From assembly GCF_018350175.1 (NCBI RefSeq), contig NC_058368.1, forward strand, positions 234,300,001-234,364,000: a stretch of DNA of 64,000 nucleotides, in the 5' to 3' direction. A model generated the notes under the pieces. That model was not told the DNA's origin, did no database searches, and worked only from the letters and a program-made list of their open reading frames with translations. Both the position numbers and the translations under genes were made by a program. The DNA comes from Felis catus. Taxonomy: Eukaryota. Shown here piece after piece: positions 42,284 to 56,750 of the stretch. Within the stretch, counting starts at the first letter, position 1, and each line of letters opens with the position of its first letter.

Positions 42284-45200
42284 ACGCACCCATCACCTTC
42301 TGAGGAAGGTCTCGCACTAAGCTCTGCCATGCATCGCTCGGGGTGTGTGGGCAAGGCACACTGGGGTCTGCGGCGGCCCCGCGAGTCTCACCTGTGCCCT
42401 CCCACTGGGTCCCCGCAGGGCCATGCTGCGGGAGGGAGTGCCGGGCACTACGTCCGGCATGCCAAGTCAGGCTGCAAGCACAGAGGGGGACGAGGGATGC
42501 CGGGCGCGCCTCCAGGCTGGCTCTCAGAACAGAGCAAAGAGAGCACATGTGGAGTAACAAGGCCAGCGTGGCTGACCACGTCCTCTGAGCGACATGTGTC
42601 CGTCTCTCACCAACTTCAGATAGAGAGCTGTCTTTCTCTGAGTGAACAGATGTCAAAAAATTAAACACTGCCGAGTACCCCGCAGAGAGGATGTGGCCCG
42701 AGCGAGGCACGCCAGAGAAGACCTGCCGAGGGCCAAAAACCTTGGGAAGCCTGGGTGGGGCGCAGGCCTGCAGGTGCCTGCCAGGAGCTGGAGGCTTTGC
42801 CTCGTTCCCCTGCGCTCTTCCCGGGACTTCCCAGGGCACCTGTCAGGACATGGCCAAGTTCCGCGGTCCACGCTCCCACCCTCTCACCCGGGCCTTCTCT
42901 TTGCCTTCAAGGAGGTTTCTGAAGGATTCAGGACCAAGCCGGGCAAAGTAACAACGCACTGCTGGGACGGGGGTGAGGCGGGGAGGGCATGGGGAAAGGG
43001 AAGAGGCAGGGGCAGAGGCTGGGATGCGCAGGGCCCGTGAGCCTGTCCACACCCACCTGCATCTCCGAGTCAGAAGCGTGGGTAGAGGGCACAACTCACA
43101 CCGCTCCCAAAACAAAAAGCTGGACGGTTCAACCAAAACGCAGAACACGAACTAGAGCGATCCGGAGCTCTCCGGAACCAGCGTTTTGCCTTCCCCGCTT
43201 CGGAAGTTCCTGTACTGATCCCCGTGCCCTCCTCCACTCTCTTTCTTCACCTCACTCCAGGAGGAAAGCAGACCGGCAACCCCCCCAGGGCTGGGCCACC
43301 AGGTCAGGTTCCTAAGGGCAGAGCCCCCTCCCCAGAAAGGAACGAGCAGTGCAGGCTGCCTGCCACACGGGCTACCACGCAAAGGCCCGAATGGCCTTGG
43401 CTGATGCTACTCTGGCTCCCGCAGCACCGGGCTCCTGCTCACCCGTTCTCGGGGCCGCAGACACGATCTTTCCAGCAATGCCTGTCCTGGGAACTCACAG
43501 GAAGCCTGAGCAGCTCCTCATCACCAAGGCTCCTTGCTACTGACCGGGCCGAGGGCTCTCTTTCTAAGCTACAGAAGAACCACGTCGTGGTGACCTTCCT
43601 CGTCGCTTGGAGGAAGCCGGCGCCCGGAGCCAAGTTCTCGACCAGCGCTACTTCTCGATGCCAAAAAGTTCCGTCGCGTAGGCCCAGCGGGCCTCGGCGG
43701 AAACCTCACTGCAGGCACAGCTCAAGTGCTCCCGAGGTTTCCCATTCCTCTCCTCTGTCCCTCCTGAAACGGGGTCTGCTGGAAGCGTGCAGAGTAGCAG
43801 AGCAAGCAGGGGCACCGGCCCTTCCAGGCGCCTGGCAGGCAATCCCACAGGGTCCTCCTCCAGGCACAGATGGCAGGAAGTGGGGAGACCCAGAGTGGGG
43901 CACGCGAGCCACAGAGGCAGGCAAGGAAGGGGGGCCAGCAAAACAGAAAACGGGAGCGTGACCCCACACGTTGCTGCAGTGGCTCCCGTTTAAGTAAGTT
44001 AGAATGCAGAGTTCCCGGGGGCCCCGGGGCCTACTCTTCAACCCTACACGTGGCCTCTGCACAGGTCCAACAGGGCCAGCAGGGGTGAAGGGGCAGGACC
44101 GTCAGCAGGCCCCCAGACAGGGCACCGAGCAGCAGGGCCCGGGAGGCATGCTGAGGGCTCAGGCTGAGGATGCGGGAGGTGCCATCACCCGGTTCTACGC
44201 GGATGGGAGCTGACCAAAGCTGCTGACAGAGGCCATTATCCCACTGGCAGTTCTGGGAGAGGCCCAGAGGCCAGCAAGTGCGTGTCAGATGACCACGGGC
44301 CGCTGGAGCAATCTCGAGGAGAGGGGACCGCTCTGCAAAGGGTACAGAGAAGAAGGCACAGAGGATCTACTGAAAGACAGCACTGGGGACACAGACGAGA
44401 AGGAGGACCCGCACGCCTGGACAGCCCGTACTGCTGTGTGCTGGCCAGCGGCACTCACGGAGGGCCTGGTTTCAGAGTCAGGATCTAGAGACGGGGGTCT
44501 CCCAGGCCGAGCCTGCCCCCAGATCCTGGCAAAGAACCCGGTACACAGTGGGCTCGTTTGTAAAGAAAAGCAACACCAACGTACGTACTGCAGCTCACTG
44601 GAAACCGAGGGGTGAGGAAAGGGGTTCTGGGGCCTGAGAAATTTGCAGAAGGGCCTGGCGCCACCAGCACTAGAAGCTCACGGAAGGAAGACGCGGGACT
44701 TGGGACTGTCTGGGCCCCCAAATGCTCTCCCAGTGAAAAGCACGTGTCTTCCTACTTTCCTGGGGCTAAGACACGGAGTCGGAGTCGGTTCCAGCGACAG
44801 GACAGGCTGGAAACCTGTGGCTCCTGTCCCCAACCCCACCCCAACAACTCAGGTCAAAGGCCAACATCAAGAACCCACTGCGCGACACCTCTTCTTGGAC
44901 AGCTCCACAACGGCTCCTACTCGGGGCTGAGGCGCATGCTCCGGCTTCGGCCAATTTACGAAAGTAACACTTCTAACCCCAACCAGGTGAAACAGGCTGC
45001 TGGGCATGGAGCTTTTACCGTGGGCACCTCACAGACTTTAAAGGAGCACCAGCTTAAGTGTTTTCCAACTTGAATGAACAGATATGTTAAAAAAGAAGCA
45101 AGAAAAAAGAATTTCTTAAGAAGCAGCCTCAGTACCTAGCCATCGCAAGATTTATAGAACTCTAATATCTGTGAATACCCTAACGGCCCAGAAGATCCTT

Positions 45201-46049
45201 GACTGAGCGCCTTTTTAAATCAGGATGCGATGTGCAAGGAAAGTTGATGAGTTAAGTCTTGAAATACTGACATAAAACCTGGGTACAAATACTTCATTTC
45301 TAGGTGCTCAGAAGAGCACAGAAAGGCAAAGGAGCAGGGTAAGTGGTGTTTCCACCTGAGCAGCCTCACCTGGGACTGCTTCAACCCACACTCCCACCCC
45401 CGCCCACGCTGTTTTTTGTTTTTTGCTTGTTTGTTTGTTTTTAACCAGACCTTGCCATCTGTAATTGCACTAAACTTAGAACTTCTCCTTCTCTCCAGGC
45501 TGAGAAGAAAATATTTCAAGAAAAGATGGCATCTTCCAAAGAATATGTGCTACAAATGGTTTTATTCCCCTCAAATGCTATTAACTGGCTTTTAAAAACT
45601 ACAGAAGAACTTTTATGTTATTTTCTGCATAAAATTAAATCACAACAGGCAAGTCCTTATCCAAAAAAGTCACTTGTAAACTCACTGTTGGTTAAATTGT
45701 ATCACTACCAAAGAAACCAATCATCCCTCAAAAGGATTTTCTCAGGAAAAAAAGTTAGTATTTAACCAGTATTTGCCTTCAACTTGATTCAAGTTCCTGG
45801 CAATGCTGACACCGTCTGCAACTGACGTAAAACTCCACAGCTATCTATCTGCATGCACCCCGCTTTGACCAAGGGTACCTAACATGCGTTGGGGAGAGGA
45901 CAAAAGAAGTATCCGTACCCCCTTCCAGGGGCACTCAAGAGGCTGAAAAGGAAAACCTCTGCACAAGTCGGGTTCGGGGGCCCCTTCCTCGCGCTTGTCA
46001 GTTTTAGGGCCCGAGCAGAGCCCTCGTTTACAAGAGGAATTTAATTGTT

Positions 46050-48200
<2,151 letters not shown>

Positions 48201-48949
48201 AGCCTTTTTTGTTTCCTTTTAAAAATGATTTTCTATGAAGAAAATGAAGTTAAAACTTCCAAGCTAGCTCGCTGGTGCGATTCCCCGAGGCCGACTTGGC
48301 AGTGCTGCCTGCGTGCTTGGGTGTCTGGCCTCTAGGCCGGCACTGGGTTGGCAGGATTCCGTAGAGGTCCTGTACGCAGTGCGAGTCCCGGGTGCCCGAG
48401 GATGCTCTAAGCCCGGTGTGACAATGGTATTGTTTGGAATGTGACGCTAACCACAGGTTTTGTGAAGTCCAAGGCAAACGCCAGAGTGTCATTATGTAAG
48501 TCTGCTGGAGCCCGGCCAGCGCGGACACCATGGCCCTTCCAGAGCCCCCACATCCCCTCCGCCAGAGATCTGGTCCCCGCCCAGCGGATGCAAGCCCTGG
48601 CCGGGCAACTTCGAGGAAGCGCAGCGCTTGGGCTGCATTCCTTTGAAACATATTGAAACAAGGCCTTTTCAACATGCTCTCCCGCCTGGCCTCTGCCGTA
48701 GGTGAGTACACATTACTAAGCGCTGACACTTCAAACATCCTAACACAGCGAAAAATCCGTGGATTGCCTACGGAGGCGTTTTGGCAAACGGTATAAATAA
48801 TAAAAATGACTATTTTGGTTCAGACATTTTTCAGCCAGTGTATATTGTACACGTGGAAATCACGACCAAGGATTAGAACGTGTGCGTTAAACAAACTGGA
48901 GAAACAAATCGTTATTCTGGAACCCCTTGCTTCCAGGGCCTAGGGCCAA

Positions 48950-50140
48950 AATTCTTGGAGTCATCCCAGCTTCCTCTCTCCATAACCAACAAATTTTCCT
49001 GGGTTTACCTGCAAGAAACATCCAAATCCAACAGCTACCCCTTCCTCCCTCCCTGCTCTCACCTATAGCCCCTTCAAGCCACTGCTATTTCTAGCATATT
49101 TTAAGCCAGTGCCTCCTTGCTAGTTTTCCACATTCCATTCTTGCCCTCTTTGGCATTTTTCTCCACAGAGCAGCTTGTGAGTGATCGTTTAAAAAGAAAA
49201 AAAAAAGAAAGAAGGTTATGATGCTCTCTTGCTCAAAACCCTCCAGTGGCTTTCTTTCTCAAACTGAGGCTTACTGTGACCTATAAGTCCCTACCTTGTC
49301 TTGTTCTCATCCCTTTATCTCTCATTTAGTCTTTCAGCTCTTCCCCTAACCCACCCTGCTCCAAGCCACGAGCATTAGCAGACAGACTTGAGCCTCAGGA
49401 CTTTTGCACTTGCTGCATCCACCTGGATTCTCCTCCCCCACGTCCGCACCTGGCTCTCTCCTTCCCCACTCTCGCAAACCTGATCCTCAGCACTCGCCCC
49501 GTCCATTCCGTTTTATTTTTCTCTTAGCATGCATCTCCATTGGTTTCCTAGGGCCACGAACATGACAAAATACCACAAACTGGGTGACCTATAACAACAA
49601 ATTTATTCTCCTACGGTTCTGGAGGCTAAATGCCCGCAATGTAGGCAGCAAGGCCAGGCTGCCTCTGAGGTCTCTAGGGGAGGACCTGCTCCATGGCTTT
49701 CTCTTAGCTTCTGCTCTTTTCTTTGGCATTCTCTGGCTTATAGGTGCCCCACTCCGGGCTCTGCCTCCGTCATTGCGTGGCGTTTTCCCTGTGTCTATGT
49801 CTCCTCTTGTTAGAACGATGCCGTTCATACTGGATTAGGGCTCACCCTAATGACCTCGTGTTACCTTGATTACACCTGCAGAGACCTTATTTCAAATAAG
49901 GCTAACATTCTACTGGAGGGTTAGGACTTGAAGTTCATCTTGGCGGGGTGAGGGGCACAGTTCAACCCGCTATGCCATCGCGTGAATTTTATTTACCTTG
50001 TTTATTATCTATGTCCCCTCCCCCCATTAGAATCTCAGGCTCCACAAGAAGAGGGCTGTTTACCTGTGTTTTTCCCTGCTGTGTGCAAGCTTGAGGACTG
50101 TGATTGGCACATTGTAGGTCCCGGATGAACGCTGGTGAAA
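48950..50140 (+). mobile_element. L2 3' fragment, split by the MLT1 LTR at 49536-49975
   Basis: ctcttgctcaaaaccctccagtggct and cctcaggacttttgcacttgctg; L2 tail gctccacaagaagagggc...ggcacattgtaggtc. Confidence 0.7.
49536..49975. mobile_element. MaLR LTR (MLT1B/C-like) inserted into an L2
   Basis: tttcctagggcc...ccacaaactgggtg...aaatttattctcctacggttctggaggc...ggcacagttcaaccc. Confidence 0.78.
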
Positions 50141-50614
50141 TGGCCAACGGTCGGTTGACCAACTCAACAGGAATGAAAGCCTTTCCTGGCTTCCAGGATC
50201 TCTTCCACAGATTGTTGTTTACTCCTTTTCAACGTTCTTAGTTTGTTTTCCCTGTGGCTGTCTGCTCTATGCTTGTATTTTGTCTCCAGCTGCTCCCTCT
50301 AACTTTGGTTCATCAGCCATAGTTAACTTCCTATCATTAAATCCAGGGTTTCATAATTTATGTATCTGATCATGAGTTTTTATATAAATGAGAAGCAATA
50401 TATTTCTTTCTGTAAAACAAGAAATGATACTAAGTCAGCTGCATCCCCTGTGACTCTGGGTAGGGGAGGTCTTGGTCATTGCTTATCAGTTTTCACAGAT
50501 AAGCATGCTTTTTTTTCTGTGGCCAAAATCAACTCTTCTCGGTCTCTCTCCTGATGTTAAAGGACAGGTAATGTTAGAGATTATACTGTGGTTTAGTGAT
50601 TCATTCTCATGAAC

Positions 50615-50798
50615 AAATGGTTTCCGAAGCTGACACTACCATGGGCTTCCTGTGCCAGAATCAGATATGCTGGTTAAAATGCAGATATCTGGAGCTCACC
50701 CAATCTATGGAAAGTTCCTAAGAGTGAAGTCCAGGAATCTGGATAAGTAAATTCCCTGGCCAATTCCCAAGCACAGTGAAGTTGGAAAAACTCTGCCT
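50615..50798. mobile_element. MER5A-like DNA transposon remnant
   Basis: gttaaaatgcagatatctggagctcaccc...ccaggaatctg...gaagttggaaaaactctg. Confidence 0.55.
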
Positions 50799-50876
50799 AA
50801 TTCAGGGTCCCCGAGCCCAATTGCTCACAGGAACTGAATAGGTTATAAAAACAGCTGAAAAAAAATCTGGGTGTGC

Positions 50877-51385
50877 GTGTATTAGTCAGCTACTGCTGGG
50901 AGATAGACCACTCCCAAACACAGTGGCCTAAAATTAAGGTGTAGTGTGGCTCAGAAGTCTGCACATCACCTGTGTGGTTCTACTGATCTGCTTCAGACAC
51001 GGCTCATCTTGGCTAACGGATCGCTTCCAGGCTGCAGTCCGCGGCCAGGTGAGCCGAAGCCGGCTGGTCTAGAGCGGCCACACTCACACGGCCGGCCGTT
51101 GGCTGTCTGGCTGTCTGGCGGGCAGCTGGGACACCAGGGTCAACTGGTGCATGTATCTCTCATTATCCAGCAGGCTAGCCCCAGCTTGTTCTCAGGGTGG
51201 CTGAACAGGGTTTCAGGAAGGCAAGCAGACATGCACGAATTACGAACTGGCATGCCTTCGCTTCCTTCCTCACCATTCTGTGAGCTCGAGCAAGTGACGA
51301 GGCCTTGACAAGATTCAAGGGGGGGGGGGGGGTGTAGCCTCCACCTCTCGATGGAAGAAGCTGCAGAAGCTGCAGTCACATTGTG
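50877..51385. mobile_element. old MaLR LTR (MLT1G/H-like)
   Basis: tgtattagtcagctactgctg...cccaaacacagtggc...ctccacctctcgatggaagaagctgca. Confidence 0.55.
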
Positions 51386-51720
51386 AGGGGCATGGGACGC
51401 TGGGAGCTGGGAGGGGAATAATCAGGGCCCCAGTATGACTTGAGCCAGGAGCAGTAGGGACGGTAGGGTCCTAGAGAGCACCTGCCTGGTGTAAAGGGGT
51501 GTAAAGCCACTCCTCTGCAGCTGGCGGGAATGCGGGAGCCACCCAAGGTGCGAGACGGCCATTCTCCTGAGAAACCAGCTGTGGCACTGTGAGCCTGAAT
51601 TCTCCTGTCTTGAAATGTCAACCTCTAGGTGGATGCTGCTGGTTGCCCACACAAGTCCCTTGTCCCCACTGCCCCTTTCTGCTGTAGCCGGCAGAGCCCT
51701 GATTCTGCTCAGGTATTTTC

Positions 51721-51950
51721 TTTTTTTTTTTTTTTAATTTTTTTTTTCAACGTTTATTTATTTTTGGGACAGAGAGAGACAGAGCATGAACGGGGGAGGG
51801 GCAGAGAGAGAGGGAGACACAGAATCAGAAACAGGCTCCAGGCTCCGAGCTGTCAGCACAGAGCCCGACGCGGGGCTCGAACTCGCGGACTGCAAGATCG
51901 TGACCTGGCTGAAGTCGGACGCTTAACCGACTGCGCCACCCAGGCGCCCC
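51721..51950 (-). mobile_element. young SINEC_Fc-like SINE
   Basis: CpGs retained; perfect 15-bp TSD tgctcaggtattttc at 51706-51720 and 51951-51965. Confidence 0.94.
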
Positions 51951-52689
51951 TGCTCAGGTATTTTCATGGCCAGGCATGGGGGAGGGGTCCCTGTCACTGC
52001 TGGTGGTCTCATCCTCTCTGCCAGCACTAATGTAAGCACAATACCCGCCTCCGTTCTAGAGGAAAAGGCTGCCAGGACACTACACTCGTGGGAAAGCCTT
52101 CTGGATGAATAAAAAGAGACACGGCAGGGGGACACTCCCTGCTTCACCCCTGGACAGGGTTGCATCCGCAGAGGACGCCTGGGACAGCTGCAGCCACCTT
52201 GAGGCCAGAGGAGTGATGTGACCACCACCCCAGGAACCAGGCCGAATGAGGGAAAGACAGCCTGGACCGTGCCACCAAGCAGCAGAACGAGCTCCACCAT
52301 GGGCCCCCTGCAGATCCCTGGCATCGGAAGCGCTAGGCTCTCTGGTGACTTGTACCATTTTCTGGACACATCTCACTGCCACTTGCTACGGACAGCACCT
52401 TAAAGCAGCAGCCAGTTCAGAAAGTGCCAACGCAGCATGGAAAGCGGACAGTAGGAGGCGAGTTGTGTCTGGCTGGTGAATAATCTCCGATCCCCAGAAA
52501 GCACGTGATACGATGGGGTGGCCGGGCGATGCCGTGCGCATTCACGGAGGCAGGCCTCCTTCGGAGAGCGGCGTTCCTGCCCAGGTGGCTGCTAAGATTT
52601 TTGAGTTTCAAGCACCAGTGTCGCTCGTGAAAGGAAATCTTGGGGATGAATTTTTTGGCAAAATGATCATCCTTTTATCCTTAATTAAG

Positions 52690-53590
52690 GAAAGTTGCAA
52701 ACTTCGACAACAAGTGGAGAGACCATACGTATTGAACTCCCGTGTGCTCCTTACCCAGCTTCAGTAACTCCAAGTCAAGGTCACACTTGTTCACCAGTGT
52801 CCTCACCTTCTTTCTCCTTCTCCAATTATTTTGAAGCCAATCCCAGATAAAATTTCATCTCACCCATAAATGATTCAGTATGCAGGGGGGGGGGGTGCCT
52901 CTGTGGCTCAGTCGGTTGAGCGTCCAGCTTCGACTCGGGTCATGTTCCCGTGGCTTGTGAGTTCGAGCCCCACATCAGGCTCACTGCTGTCAGCACACAG
53001 CCCACCTTGGATCCTGTCTCCCTCTCTCTCTGCCCCTCCCCCATGCTTGCTCTCGTTCTCTCGCTCTCGGAAATAAAAACATTAAAAAATAATAATTCAG
53101 TATGCATCACTAAGTTATAGTCATACACGTTTTGAAACATAAGTACAATATTATATCAAAGCATGAATGATGTTTTACTTAATATCACCAAACATCTGAT
53201 CTATAATAAATATTTTTGATTATCATAAAACGTGTTATTGATATCTCAAAAAAGAGGTCTATAAATTGCAATTCATTGATTTGTGTCTTCTAATGCTTTT
53301 AATCTATGGTTTCTCCTATCTTTTGTGGGGGCGGGGGGGGCAATCTGTTGTTGAAGAACAAATGGTTCGTTTGTTCCCACAGTCTGGATTTTGCCAATTA
53401 TATCTCCCTGTGGTATCATTTAACACATTTCCTGTCATCTGTATTTTTTGTAAACTGGCCGTCGAATCTAAGGTCTTGATCGAATTCGGGTTCTGTCTTT
53501 TATCGGCAAGACAACTGCAGAAGTGATGCTGTGTCTCACCTGGAGGCCTACGGCATCTGGTGCTGTCTTTGGTGATGTGAGCATGAGCCC
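52690..53590 (-). mobile_element. old L1 (L1MC/ME-like) 3' fragment, split by a SINE
   Basis: recognisable degenerate L1M 3' UTR sequence; subfamily uncertain. Confidence 0.5.
52885..53090 (+). mobile_element. CAN/SINEC SINE inserted in an old L1 3' fragment
   Basis: flanking duplication aat(g/a)attcagtatgca. Confidence 0.88.
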
Positions 53591-54049
53591 CTTTGCTGAG
53601 CACTGCCCCAAGCCCTGCTCCTCTGTCTCTGCAGTAGGAACCATCCCCTTTAAACAGCATGGGATCCCAGGACTGCCACTCTCCCAGGATTTGAGAAACC
53701 GATGCCTTGCAGATGGTCAGGTCAGTCTCCTGTCTTCCAGATGAGGAGTCTGAGGCTTGCCCGCAAAAAAGGCCCAATAGGGACGATTAGAGTTGGGGGC
53801 TCAGCAGAGCAAGTTGTACTAATTAGACCCCATAAAAATTAACTTTGTTATGTCACGTGGAGTATGACATAATCGAATGTGCAAGGATTGGGGAAATAGT
53901 CTGTTAGGGAATCTAGAAACGGGGAGTCCCAAATTATGCCTTGACTCTCTTGGACCAAGAAGGCACTCCCTGACCATGGTGGGCACAACAGAAGGTGGGC
54001 TCTGTAGGAGGGGGAAGATGTCAAAGGGCCCCACCTAAAGAAAAGTGGG

Positions 54050-54165
54050 GGTAACTATGTGAGAAGGTGGATATATTAATTACCTTCACTTAGTAATCGT
54101 GTTACTGTGTGTATCAGATCACCATGTTGTATACCTTAAATACATACAATCATTATTAAGCTAAT
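54050..54165 (+). mobile_element. old L1M 3' terminal fragment
   Basis: gtaactatgtgagaaggtggatatattaatt...ttgtataccttaaatacatacaat. Confidence 0.65.
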
Positions 54166-54460
54166 ATAAAGGGGATTGAATATTTTTTAATTCTCATAAA
54201 TTAAAGCATATTTTTAAAAGATTGGTTTGAGAAAGCAGAAAATGCATATTTCAAAATGCTTCAGGATTAATATTAAGTAGGTATAGAGTAGAGAATATTA
54301 GAAGTTTGTCAACACAGAAAGTTCTCTGTAGTATCAGTTGGTGTGGAAAGTCCTGTTCCCTCAGAGTGTAAGATAAATGATGTATTATGTATGGTGTCTA
54401 TTTTAAACATCTCAATGATAAAAAATAAAGACTAAATTAGTGGTGAATACTTGGAGCCCA

Positions 54461-54479
54461 TTTTTTTAAGTTTATTTAT

Positions 54480-54528
<49 letters not shown>

Positions 54529-54542
54529 ACGAGTGGGGGAAG

Positions 54543-54584
<42 letters not shown>

Positions 54585-54934
54585 CCCAAGCAGGCTCTGC
54601 ACTATCAGCACAGAGCCCGACATGGGGCTTGAACTCACAAACCATGAGATCATGACCTGAGCAGAAGCTGGATGCTTGGGGCACCTGGGTGGCTCAGTGG
54701 GGTTGGGTGTCCTACTTCAGCTCAGGTCATGATCTCACAGTCTGTGAGTTCAAGCCCTACTTCAGGCTCTGTGCTGACAGCTCGGAGCCTGGAGCCTGCT
54801 TCTGATTCTCTGTCTCCCTCTCTCCCTGCCCTTCCCCCACTCACACCCTGTCTTTCTCTTTCTCAAAAATAAACAGAAAAAAAAATTTTTTTTAATTTAG
54901 ATGCTTAACCAACTGAGCACCACCCAGATGCCCC
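54461..54934 (-). mobile_element. SINEC (minus) interrupted by a nested plus-strand SINEC
   Basis: outer element 54461-54677 resumes at 54907-54934; long (GA)n tracts. Confidence 0.87.
54678..54899 (+). mobile_element. nested SINEC
   Basis: ggggcacctgggtggctcag head; TSD gatgctt at 54671-54677 and 54900-54906. Confidence 0.87.
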
Positions 54935-56589
54935 AACAGGAGACATTTTTCGTTGTCACGACTGAGAAGTAGCTGTTGAGGCCCTTCTGTGTGTCAGGCA
55001 CACAGACAACCAAAGCAGAGTTTCTGTCCTAAGTGTTCTTGGTGCAGAAGACACGGTGACGTGCACAGTGTGCAGGTTCTTGGCCAGGGCGGGGTGGGGG
55101 GGTGGGGAACCACACGGTGGACGTTGCCAGACTGATCCTACAAGATGCGGAGGGGTTAAGCTGGCCGAGGGAAGTAGAAGGCAGAGAGACGGAAGGATGT
55201 TCCAGGATGAGGCTGGTGAGAGAAACAGCCCCGAGGGCAGAAATGCCCAGCGGTCCCACGGCCGGGCCCCCGTGGGCGGTGCTGTAGACCCGACAGTCAC
55301 AGGAAGTCCATTCGCCACGTCAGAGCGCCTGGAAGGCTGTGTCTGGAGGCGCCATTGAAAGATTGACACTGAGGAGCCGATGGACTGACTTGTGGCCTGA
55401 GAGGCTGAGTCTGCCTTAGCGGCTGGCATTGTGAGGCAGAGGTTGGAGGTGGAGGAGAGGTGTCTCCTCGACTTGGAGAGAAGCAGAGAGGCACTGACGG
55501 GCACAGCATTAACTTCGGAGGGATTTCCGAGGACAAGAGATTGGTCAAGCAGCCGCGGTTGGCAGAGGAAACAAGCTCACATCTCAGGGCCCGCCCGAGG
55601 CCGAGTTCCTTCTCACTCGCACGCCAGCCCAGTGTCAGTCTGCGACGGGGCCCGGCTGTGGCAGGGGGGGCCCACGCCACGCAGTCACTCGGGGACCCAG
55701 CCTCCTCCATCCAGAAGTTCTGCCATTCCCAGGCCCTTGCGGTCCTCGGCAGAGTGCCAGCAGGAGAGGGACCAGATAGCACGAGAGAGCCTGCGGGAGG
55801 CTGAGGGCCCAGGCCTGGGGAGCCCACGCGTAATTCCTGCCCGCATCCCGGCTGCCAGAACCGGGGCCGTGGCCCCATATCCCGTGAGGGAGTCTCGAAG
55901 ATGGAGTGGAGCGGGGAGCCCAGAGCAGAAAGGAAGCGGGTCTGGCCAGCAGACAGCCCTGACTGCCACAGAATGCTTCAGGGGTAAAATCATCATCGGC
56001 CGCGTAATTGATTCCACATGGCGGAGCGGAGAGCCTCCAGGTTCCCACCAAGGGGCTTGGGGTGGATGCCTTGGGGGTGCGCACAGGAGCCCCTGCCTTA
56101 GCAGGTGACGCAATGGGTCCATTCTAAAAGCACCACAGGACACTTGACATGTGGCACGTGTTTCACTGTGTGGCCTGTGTTCCACTTACACCGGTGTCTC
56201 CTAGTGTGCTCCTTGCTCCCTGCCTTTACTCTTTCCAAGAAGCACTTACTGGTTTACGTACGTGGAGCGTGTGATGCTCCAGATCCCCTGCCCTCCTCCA
56301 TCCCGACACCTGCAGCTGAGTCGCCCCCAGGCTGCCATGTCCCTCTCGCACTGAGCTCATCAGCAGCCTTGTCCAAACCTTGTCTTCATAACCCAAAGCG
56401 CCGTGAGCTGTGACTCTGTACGGGGACGCCGTTGTGGGTAAATGAACCCGATGGTCCAGCTTAGGGAGTTTGCTGAAATTCCTCTGTTTTTGGACTTGGG
56501 TCAGGGCGTACAGCCCATTGCCAAACTCAGATCTGTCTCTCTGGTTAGGAGCAGGGACTGTGGAGCGAGTTTTCTTTGCAATGGCTGTA

Positions 56590-56750
56590 CCGTTTCCTGA
56601 CTGCGAGGTCTCGGGCGAGCTCATGAACCTCGGTGGCCTCAGTTTCCTCATCTGCAGAATGGGACAATAGTTGTAAGCGAAGCTTTGGATTGTGTGAAGG
56701 TTAAAAGGATCAGTGCACCTCAGGTGCTTGCCAGGGTGACCCATACACGG
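56590..56750 (+). mobile_element. MIR SINE remnant
   Basis: core gcctcagtttcctcatctgcagaatgggacaata. Confidence 0.7.

Noticed and set aside
43224..43961. 245-aa plus-strand ORF
   Set aside because: Non-ATG start, no protein-family features, GC-rich intronic context
54956..56185. Several 150-225 aa ORFs upstream of the gene
   Set aside because: Mutually overlapping on both strands, with no motif or splice-consistent structure
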